Below are positions 56,581 through 64,000 of a stretch of 64,000 bases of DNA, in pieces; within the stretch, counting starts at the first letter, position 1, and each line of letters begins with the position of its first letter. The stretch covers positions 32,001 through 96,000 of the forward strand of contig JASGJN010000012.1 in the NCBI GenBank assembly GCA_049840735.1. The letters run 5' to 3'. Source of the stretch: Anaeromyxobacter sp. GTDB lineage: Bacteria > Myxococcota > Myxococcia > Myxococcales > Anaeromyxobacteraceae. The translations under genes and the position numbers were made by a program. Below the pieces are notes generated by a model. It did not search any database and was not told where the DNA came from. It saw only the letters and a list, made by a program, of their open reading frames with translations.

Positions 56581-59500
56581 CTAGGTTCTCGGCCGCGGGA
56601 AGCAGCGGGTCACGTACCCGCACCCCTCCTCGCGGCAGCGCTCCTCGCTGCGGCCCAGCGCGGCGGGGGGCACGTCCTCCCCGGACAGCGTGTGGCGGGC
56701 GAGCCTGGGGGCCAGGGCCTCGAAGCGGACCAGCTCGCCCTCGGCGGGCGTGACGTCCACGGCGCGGTGATCGCCGCGCAGGAACTGGAGCCGGGCGCGG
56801 ATCTTCCGGCCCGGGTGGGCGCGGGCCGCGGCCAGCGCGTAGGCGAGCAGCTGCAGGCGGTAGCGCTCGGCGGCGCCGGCGCGCGGGGTGGCGTACTTGT
56901 AGTCCACCACCACCAGCTCGCCGCGCCGCTCCCGGACCAGCGCGTCGATGGCGCCGGACACGTACACGACGGGTGAACCGTCCCCCTCCAGCCGGAGCAG
57001 GAACGGCACCTCGCGCGCGAGGCTGCCGTCGCGGGCGGCCGAGGCCAGGATGCGCCCGGCGGGGGACTCCAGGAAGCGGACCACCTCGGCGGCGATGCGG
57101 CGCACGCCGGGGCTGCCGGGATCGTAGCCGCGCCGGGCGGCCGCCGCGGCCAGCTGGGCGCGCCGCTCCAGCGGCGGCGCGGCCAGATCGGTCTCGGCCA
57201 GCATGGCGTGGGCCAGGGTGCCGCGGGCGGTGGCGCGGGCCGGGTCGTCGGCGGGCGGCGCGCCGGGGAGGCCGCGCGGCTCGGGCAGCCCGAGCACCCG
57301 GCCCAGCAGGTGGCGGCGCGGGCAGCGCGCCAGCTCCGCCAGCTCGGTCACCGCCAGCCGCACCGCGGCCGCGGGCGGCGGAGCGGCCAGCCGCGGCGGC
57401 GCCGGCGGGGCTGCCGCTGCGAGCGGCTGGGCGGGCTCGGGCCGGAGGGCCGGGCCGCAGGCGAAGGTGGCGGCCTCGGCCAGGGGCACGGGCACGGCCA
57501 GGTCCGGGCGGGCGGCCAGCGCCGCGTCCACCTGCTCGCGCCAGGTGTCGGCGCTGCGGCCCCGCTCGCCGGAGAGGATGAGGTGGTCGCGCGCGCGGGT
57601 GAGCGCCACGTACAGCAGCCGGCGGGACTCGGCGGAGGCGGCGCGCCGGTCGGCCTCGCGAGCGGCGCGCGTGGCGGCGGTGTCGAGGAACTGCTCGCGC
57701 GCCGGGTCCCAGTGCTGCACGGCCAGCGCGCCCGCCGCGTCCAGCAGCGCCCGCCGGTGGTCGGCGGGGGTGCGGGCGCCCAGGTCGGGGACCAGCACCA
57801 CCGGCCACTCCAGCCCCTTGGCCTGGTGGATGGAGAGCAGCGCGACCGCGTCGCCGGCCTCCAGCTCGGCCTCGGGCTCGCGCGGCGGGCGGGCCGCCTG
57901 GGCGCGCAGGTGCGCGGCCAGCTCGGCCACGGTGCCGCCGGCGGACGCGAAGCGCGACGCCAGCCCCAGCGCCTTCTCGAGGTTCTGCGCCCGCCGCTCG
58001 CCATCCGGCCCCGCCAGCAGCGCCGCGTCGAGATCCAGCAGCTCCACGGCGCGCGCGAGCAGCTCGTCCACCGGCACCCGGTCGCGCAGCTCCCGCAGCG
58101 CGCGCCAGGCCCCGAGCAGCCGCCCGAGCCGCGCCGCCTCGTCCGGCGCCAGCGCGCCCGGCCCGCCCGCCTCCGCCACCGCAGCCGCGAGCGCCTCGGG
58201 CGCCAGCCGGCCCAGCCGCGGCAGCCCCACCGCGGCCAGGACCACCAGGGCGCCGTCGGACACCGCGCAGAGCGGCGAGCGGAGCAGCGCCGCCCAGGCC
58301 ACCAGGTCGCCTGGATCGGCCAGGCTGGCCAGCAGCTCGCCGAGATCGCGGACCTCACCGGCCTGGTAGAAGCCGCCGCCGCGGGCCAGGCGGTACGGGA
58401 TGCCGGCCTCGCGCAGCGCCCGCTCGTAGGGGCCGAGCTGCGTCAGGCGGCGGAAGAGGATGGCCACGTCGCGCGGGCGCGGGCAGCGCATGCGATCCGG
58501 CCCGCCGTCCGGATCGCGCTCCCGGACCGCCACCCCCGCGGCGCCGGAGAGCAGCGCGCCGATGCGGGCGGCCAGCGCCGCCCCCTCCCGCAGCCGCCGC
58601 TCGGAGGCCTTGCCCTCGCCCTCGTCCACCAGCAGCTCCACCGCCGGGCGTGCCCCCTCGGCGCGGGTGGCCAGCAGCCGGTCCTCCGGCGAGAAGGTGA
58701 GCTCGTCGGGGCGCGGCGGCAGGCCGGCCGGCGGCTGCAGCGCGCGCGCCGAGACCTCGTTGACCAGGTCCAGCACCGCGGGCGAGGAGCGGTGGTTGTC
58801 GGCGAGGTGCAGCACGCGCCCGCCGCCGGCGTCGAAGCCGCCGATGAGGCGGGCGAAGACCGACACGTCGGCGCCGCGGAAGCGGTAGATGGACTGCTTG
58901 AGATTGCCCACCGCCACCAGCACCGGGCCGGCGCCGCCGGCCTCCGCCGGGCAGAGCAGCCCGAAGAGCGACTGCTGCACCGGGTTCACGTCCTGGTACT
59001 CGTCCACCAGCAGCGCCCGGAGGCGCCCGCGCAGCTCGGCGCGCAGCGGCGCGTCGGCCAGGAGCAGGTCGCGGGCGCGCACGAGCAGGTCGTCGAAGTC
59101 GACGGCACGCGCCGCCTGCTTGCGGGCGGCGTAGCGGGCCGCCGCCTCCTCCAGCAGCCCGCCCAGCTCGGCGCGGAGCGGCGCCGCCAGGACCTCGGCC
59201 GCCAGCGGCTCCAGGGCCTCGCCGGCGGCGCGGAGCGCGGCCTGGGCCGCCTTGAGCTCGGGGCCGTCTGCGGCGCGGAGCCGCCCGCGGGCGGCCGAGG
59301 CCAGCGCGGTGAGCCGGTGCAGGGCGTCGGCGGAGAGCGGCCCCTCGCGATCGCCGGGCGCGAGCGCGTCGCGCCGGCGGGCCACCGCCTCGACCAGCGC
59401 CGCCCCGGCGCCGGAGGCCCTGGGCCCGCCCGCGAGCAGCGCGTCGGCGGCGGCCAGCAGCTCGCGGCGGGCGGCCAGCGCCGCGGCCAGGTCGGCCTCG

Positions 59501-60099
59501 ACCAGCGGCACCGGCCCGACGTCGCCGCGGGTGGCCCGCGCGCGGAGCAGGCCGGCCAGGACCACCGGGAGCGCGCCCCGCCCCGCCCCCGCCCCCAGCG
59601 CCGTCGCCAGCGCGCGCGCCGCCGGCCGCCGCGCGTCCAGCGCCGCCACCACGGCCTCGCGGCAAGCGGCCAGCAGCCAGGCGCTGGTCCGCTCCTCGTC
59701 GGCGACCTCGAACTCCGGATCGAGCCCGGCCTCCGCCGCGTGCTCGCGCAGCAGCCGCCCGCAGAAGCCGTGGATGGTCCCCACCGCCATGCGGTCCAGC
59801 GCGTGCAACCGGGCCAGCCAGTCGCGGCGGTCGTCGGCGCCGGCCGCCTCCCGGGCGCGCCCGGCCACGGCCGCGCGGAGCCGCTCGGTGAGCTCGGCGG
59901 CGGCCTTCTCGGTGAAGGTGATGGCGGCCAGCTCGGCCGGCGCGCAGGGCTCGCCCAGCGCCCGCCCCTCCAGCAGCCGAAGGCAGAGCTCCACCAGCGC
60001 GGTGGTCTTCCCGGCGCCGGCGCCGGCGCTGACGGCGGTGGGCGCCTCCAGCCGGAAGAGCGCCTCCGCCACCGGCCCGAAGACGAGGGGGCGGCTCAC
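56581..60099 (-). CDS. addA: AddA/RecB-like UvrD helicase-nuclease
   Basis: AGAGAGKT, ITFTEKAA.E, TIHGFC, VDEYQD, KQSIYRFRGAD, SIHQAKGLE, YVALTRAR, G.ID...DYK. Confidence 0.88.
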   Translation of the reverse strand: MSRPLVFGPVAEALFRLEAPTAVSAGAGAGKTTALVELCLRLLEGRALGEPCAPAELAAITFTEKAAAELTERLRAAVAGRAREAAGADDRRDWLARLHALDRMAVGTIHGFCGRLLREHAAEAGLDPEFEVADEERTSAWLLAACREAVVAALDARRPAARALATALGAGAGRGALPVVLAGLLRARATRGDVGPVPLVEADLAAALAARRELLAAADALLAGGPRASGAGAALVEAVARRRDALAPGDREGPLSADALHRLTALASAARGRLRAADGPELKAAQAALRAAGEALEPLAAEVLAAPLRAELGGLLEEAAARYAARKQAARAVDFDDLLVRARDLLLADAPLRAELRGRLRALLVDEYQDVNPVQQSLFGLLCPAEAGGAGPVLVAVGNLKQSIYRFRGADVSVFARLIGGFDAGGGRVLHLADNHRSSPAVLDLVNEVSARALQPPAGLPPRPDELTFSPEDRLLATRAEGARPAVELLVDEGEGKASERRLREGAALAARIGALLSGAAGVAVRERDPDGGPDRMRCPRPRDVAILFRRLTQLGPYERALREAGIPYRLARGGGFYQAGEVRDLGELLASLADPGDLVAWAALLRSPLCAVSDGALVVLAAVGLPRLGRLAPEALAAAVAEAGGPGALAPDEAARLGRLLGAWRALRELRDRVPVDELLARAVELLDLDAALLAGPDGERRAQNLEKALGLASRFASAGGTVAELAAHLRAQAARPPREPEAELEAGDAVALLSIHQAKGLEWPVVLVPDLGARTPADHRRALLDAAGALAVQHWDPAREQFLDTAATRAAREADRRAASAESRRLLYVALTRARDHLILSGERGRSADTWREQVDAALAARPDLAVPVPLAEAATFACGPALRPEPAQPLAAAAPPAPPRLAAPPPAAAVRLAVTELAELARCPRRHLLGRVLGLPEPRGLPGAPPADDPARATARGTLAHAMLAETDLAAPPLERRAQLAAAAARRGYDPGSPGVRRIAAEVVRFLESPAGRILASAARDGSLAREVPFLLRLEGDGSPVVYVSGAIDALVRERRGELVVVDYKYATPRAGAAERYRLQLLAYALAAARAHPGRKIRARLQFLRGDHRAVDVTPAEGELVRFEALAPRLARHTLSGEDVPPAALGRSEERCREEGCGYVTRCFPRPRT

Positions 60100-63000
60100 G
60101 CGGACTCCTCGGCGGCCCGCGCCGCGACGCCCTCGAAGCGGCAGACCGCGCCGTAGGGGCAGTGGCCGCAGCCCTGCGAGACGATGGGGAAGCGGCCGTC
60201 GCGCATGGCGCGGACCTGCGCCACCACCGCCGAGGCGAAGCGGCCCGGCGCCTCGGCGTCGGCCTCGACCGCCGCGCCTGCGCCGGGCGCCGCCGCCAGC
60301 TCCAGCGCCGGCGCCTCTGACGGGAACACCACCGGATCGAGCCGCTCGGCCTTGCGCAGCAGGGCGTAGCTCGCCTCCAGCCATGCGCGACCCGGCAGCG
60401 CGGCGCGCGCCGCCAGGAGGTAGACCGGGACCTGGAAGGAGGAGCGGCCGAAGGCCTCCGGGTCGAGCTGGTCCGCCAGGTCCGGACCGCCGCGGCCGGT
60501 CTTGTAGTCGAGCACGCGGAGCCGCTCGGGCGAGGCGTCGACGCGGTCGATGCGCCCCCGCAGCTGCACCTGCTCGCCGTCGGCCGCGAGCGTCACCGGG
60601 GGCGCCTCGCCGGGGCCGCCGAAGGCGTGCTCGAGCAGCGCCGGGGTGAGGCCGTCGTGGTCCCGGGCCTCGCCCAGCACGATCCGATCGAGCCGCTGCA
60701 GGAGCAGCTCGCGCCGTCCGGCCCAGGCGGCCGGATCCCCGGTGCGCCCCTCGCGCTCGAAGCGGTCGAGGATCCCGCCGGCCAGCGCGCGCGCCTCGGC
60801 GAGGTCCTCGGGCGAGCCGGCCAGGGGCCAGGCCCCGCGGTCGAGGCGCGCCCGGACCAGCCGCTCCATGACGGCGTGCAGCAGCGTGCCCTCGTCACGA
60901 ACGTCGATGTCGAGGTCGGCGGCGGCGTCGTCCGGCAGCCGCGCGCCGAGGCGGAGCAGGGCGCGGAACGGGCAGCGCGCGTAGGCCTCCAGCTGGCTGG
61001 GGGTCCAGGCGGCCGGGAGCCTGCCGGCGAGCAGCGCCCCGCCCGCGCCGCCGACGGCGCCGGCGAAGGGGTGAGGCTGGCCGGCCAGGACGGCCGTCCG
61101 CCGCTCCGCCTCGACCGCGCCCACCTCGCGGGCCTGCCGCGCGCGATGGGCCAGCGGCGTGGCCGAGAGCGCGGCCTCGGCCGACGCGCCCGCGCGCGCG
61201 GCGGCCCGGAGCGCGGCCCGGGGCGTGCGCGCCTCGGGGAGCGCCGGCTCCGGGAGCGGCCCCGAGGGTGGGAGGATGCCCGCTGCGGCCAGCGCCTCGA
61301 GCAGCAGCGGCGCCGGGGGTCCGCCGTCACCGGCCGGCCCTGGGCCGGGCCAGAGGAGCGCCAGGCGCTCGCGCCCCGCGGCCAGCGCGCAGAAGGCGCG
61401 GTGCTGCGCCTCGGCGCGGCGCGCCGCGGCGGTGGGGAGGGCCTGCCGGCGGAGGAGGCGATCGAGCGCGTGGCGCTCGGGCTCGCGCAGCAGCGGCTCG
61501 GGGGACGGCGCAGGCGGGAAGGCGCCGTCGGCGCAGCCCAGGAGCACTGCGGCCCGGGCGGTCGCTCCGGGCGCCTCGTCCAGCCCGAGCAGCGCCACCG
61601 CGCCGGCCACCGGCTCGGGAGGCGGCGGGAGGGAGGCGCCCTGGGCCACCAGCGCGAGCAGCGCGCGGAAGCGCCCGGCGGGGAGCGGCGTGGCGCCGTG
61701 TCCGGAGAGGGCCAGGGCCCGGACGACCTCCTCCGCCGCCTCCTCGATGCGGGCCAGCGCCGCCAGGTCGCGGCCCGCCACCTCGCGCGGCCCGCGCGCG
61801 GCGCGGCGGCGGACGCCGGTGGTCTCGAGGAAGGCGGCCAGGCGGGCCGCGTGCTCTCGCGGCGCGCCCGGGCGGGCCAGCGGGGCCAGGGCCGCGGAGA
61901 GGCCGTCCAGCGCGGTGGCCGCCTGGAGGAGGGCCGCGCGCTCGCGCCCGGCGGCGTCGGAGAGCGAGGCGGCGCGGAGGCGCAGGCGATCGGTGGGCGC
62001 GCCGCGGGCGTCGAGGGCGCCGGCGCGATCGAGCAGCCGCTCCAGGCCGGGCAGGTCCGGGCCCAGCCAGCCGGAGCGGGCCAGGCGAAGCGCCGAGGTG
62101 CGGGTCAGCGCGCCGGCGGCGGCGTGGGCCTCGAGCACCAGGCGGGCCACCGGGACGTCGAGGAGCGCCGGGCCGCGGCCGGTCGCGAGCGGCACGCCGC
62201 GTGCGGCGAAGGCTCGGCGCAGACGGGCCGCCGCCTGGCGCGGAGCGGGGGAGAGGAGGAGGAGGTCGTCGGGTGGGAGGCCCTCCTCGATCCAGCGGGC
62301 GCAGAGGGCCGCCGCCGCGTCGGCCTCGCCCGCTTCGCCGGCCCCCTGCAGCGCCAGCACCTCGCCCGGCGCGTCGGCCGGGGCCCCGGCGCCAGGGCCG
62401 CCGGCCAGGGCCGAGAGGAGGGCCGCCGTGCGCGGCGTGCGGGCGTCGTCGTCGAGGGTGGGGAGGACCAGCTGGACGTCGCGACGGGAAGCCAGCTCGT
62501 GCAGCGCCTCGAGGCGGCGCAGGAGCGGCTCGGCCGGCGTCGAGAGGTCGGGGCGGTCCGGGAAGAATGAAAGGTGGACGCGGGTGCGGGCGGCGCGGGA
62601 GGCCAGGGAGAGGAAGAGGTCCCAGCCGGCCGGGGAGAGGGTGGTGACGCCGTCGACCACGAGCAGGTCGAGGCCGTCCAGCTCGGGTGAGGTGACGCCG
62701 CGCCGGGCCGCGTCGGCGGCGGCGCGGAGCGCGCCCGGGCGGTCGAGCACGGTGAGGTCGTGGAGCCGGGACTCGAAGGCGTCGAGCGCGTCGGCGAGGA
62801 CCGAGAGGCGGCGGGCGGCCGCGCCGGTGAGGGTGAGGGCCGCCGCGCGGGCGTCGTCCGGACGGACCTCGGCCTCGCGCAGCTCGGCGAGGGCCGAGGC
62901 CAGGGCCGCCGCCAGGCCGTCGTCCGGCGCCAGGCCCGAGAGCGGGGGGCCCGCCGCCGCCCCCGCCTCGATGGCCACGAGCCGTTCTGCCAGCGGCGTC

Positions 63001-63161
63001 AGCACCGCCCGGCGCTCGGCCGCAGCTGCGAGGATGCCCGGGACCAGGCGGTCGAGCGTGGTGACCGCCGGCCCGAACAGCACCCCGCCCTGCGCGTCGC
63101 AGAGGCGGCGCGCCGCCCGCGCCGCCGCGAGCGGTGTGGAGACCACGCAGAGAGCCGGCAC
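60096..63161 (-). CDS. addB: AddB-like PD-(D/E)XK nuclease subunit
   Basis: S.LE.YARCP, GRIDRVD, DYKTG, Q...Y, C..CPY...C; coupled to addA. Confidence 0.82.
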   Translation of the reverse strand: MPALCVVSTPLAAARAARRLCDAQGGVLFGPAVTTLDRLVPGILAAAAERRAVLTPLAERLVAIEAGAAAGPPLSGLAPDDGLAAALASALAELREAEVRPDDARAAALTLTGAAARRLSVLADALDAFESRLHDLTVLDRPGALRAAADAARRGVTSPELDGLDLLVVDGVTTLSPAGWDLFLSLASRAARTRVHLSFFPDRPDLSTPAEPLLRRLEALHELASRRDVQLVLPTLDDDARTPRTAALLSALAGGPGAGAPADAPGEVLALQGAGEAGEADAAAALCARWIEEGLPPDDLLLLSPAPRQAAARLRRAFAARGVPLATGRGPALLDVPVARLVLEAHAAAGALTRTSALRLARSGWLGPDLPGLERLLDRAGALDARGAPTDRLRLRAASLSDAAGRERAALLQAATALDGLSAALAPLARPGAPREHAARLAAFLETTGVRRRAARGPREVAGRDLAALARIEEAAEEVVRALALSGHGATPLPAGRFRALLALVAQGASLPPPPEPVAGAVALLGLDEAPGATARAAVLLGCADGAFPPAPSPEPLLREPERHALDRLLRRQALPTAAARRAEAQHRAFCALAAGRERLALLWPGPGPAGDGGPPAPLLLEALAAAGILPPSGPLPEPALPEARTPRAALRAAARAGASAEAALSATPLAHRARQAREVGAVEAERRTAVLAGQPHPFAGAVGGAGGALLAGRLPAAWTPSQLEAYARCPFRALLRLGARLPDDAAADLDIDVRDEGTLLHAVMERLVRARLDRGAWPLAGSPEDLAEARALAGGILDRFEREGRTGDPAAWAGRRELLLQRLDRIVLGEARDHDGLTPALLEHAFGGPGEAPPVTLAADGEQVQLRGRIDRVDASPERLRVLDYKTGRGGPDLADQLDPEAFGRSSFQVPVYLLAARAALPGRAWLEASYALLRKAERLDPVVFPSEAPALELAAAPGAGAAVEADAEAPGRFASAVVAQVRAMRDGRFPIVSQGCGHCPYGAVCRFEGVAARAAEESA

Positions 63162-63428
63162 CCAGCAAGCCTACAGGGTTGGGCTGACAGTCCCGGAGAC
63201 CACCCTTTTGAAACCGCAGCGCTTTTCCGGAGAGCGGGTGCGTCCAGGGAGTGTGCGGGCGCTGCGACGGGGGCGTGGACGACGGATGGGAGCTGGTTTC
63301 GGAGCCGGCGCCCAGCGTGCGGCGGCCGTCCAGGCGCCCGATCGCCTTTCCTCGGGTGCGCGGGCACACCTCTCCCGTGCTCCGCCGCGAGCGCGGCGCG
63401 AGCCGGACGGCCCGGGAGCGCAGTGCGC

Positions 63429-64000
63429 TCAGCTCGGCGGGTTCTTCCGCTTCAGCGCCGCCCGGCGGCGCTTCGCCCACGCGTCCGTGCCGATGTACGT
63501 CGCCCGCACCAGGTCCTCGCGCCGCTCCTCGGCCTGCGCCTCCCGCCGCCGCTTCGCCTTCCCCTCCATGTCGGCGCACAGCGCCTGGTACTTCTTCCGC
63601 CGCGTCGCGTCCGTCTTCCCCAGCGCCAGGTACTCCGGCAGGTCGTCGATGAGCGGGTGCCGCTCGCCGTACGCGTAGTGCCGGTGGCTCGAGTACGCGT
63701 AGTCCTTGGCGCACCTCACCATGCCCGCCATCACCGGGTTGCGGTCCCCGTAGCCCGACACGAGCAGCGGCGCCTCGCCCCCCGTCTCCACCTGCCCGGA
63801 GTAGAGCCGCTCCATGACCACCTGCCCGCAGCGCTCCGTCTGCTCGTTGTACCAGCGCGCGAACACGCTGTTCACGTCGCGCCAGAAGCCGCTGAACGCC
63901 GCCTGGCCGCGCGTGGCCTTGAGCTGCACGTGAACGTGCGTGGTCATGATGCAGAAGGAGTGGATGAGGATGCCGTACTTGCCCTTGTACTTGGCCAGCA
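63429..64000 (-). CDS. HUH Y1 transposase, REP-associated tyrosine transposase (RAYT)-like; 5' end outside window
   Basis: IHSFCIMTTHVH (HUH), FARWYN....R.G.V..ER, Y...NPV.AG.V....DY.YSS. Confidence 0.85.
   Translation of the reverse strand, partial: LAKYKGKYGILIHSFCIMTTHVHVQLKATRGQAAFSGFWRDVNSVFARWYNEQTERCGQVVMERLYSGQVETGGEAPLLVSGYGDRNPVMAGMVRCAKDYAYSSHRHYAYGERHPLIDDLPEYLALGKTDATRRKKYQALCADMEGKAKRRREAQAEERREDLVRATYIGTDAWAKRRRAALKRKNPPS

Noticed and set aside
56581..63161. Helicase-nuclease pair as Cas3/Cas4 or a defence system serving the array
   Set aside because: Motifs are UvrD/AddA and AddB types (no HD domain, no DEAH SF2 helicase); ordinary recombination repair genes 33 kb from the array.

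Overview
Very GC-rich chromosomal window with an Anaeromyxobacter-like (Myxococcota) gene content; the taxon is inferred, not searched. It is mostly housekeeping genes: lptFG, purEDH, proC, truD, ccsA-hemACD, trxA, mreCD-mrdA-rodA, ppiD, maf, yggS, fbaB and an AddAB-like pair. It also has envelope/glycan genes (GT4, heparinase II/III-like, UDP-sugar dehydrogenase, two DUF4091-like, two DUF3108). Four things stand out. (1) A cas-less CRISPR array (36-nt type I-G-like repeat), itself split by a truncated IS21-like element, sits in the middle of a TldD/PmbA-family gene whose halves rejoin with almost no loss; it is either a mobile array or an assembly chimera. (2) An HNH endonuclease gene is bracketed by a 41-bp tandem repeat array, an inverted partial copy and a terminal direct copy of the same motif. 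(3) A hairpin-rich repeat family starts at stop codons, is amplified as a 234-bp tandem array, and co-occurs with a RAYT transposase. (4) Many frameshifts and substitutions fall on GATC sites, probably a basecalling footprint of DNA modification, so the broken genes are most likely not real pseudogenes. All family calls come from motif recognition; no database searches were run.
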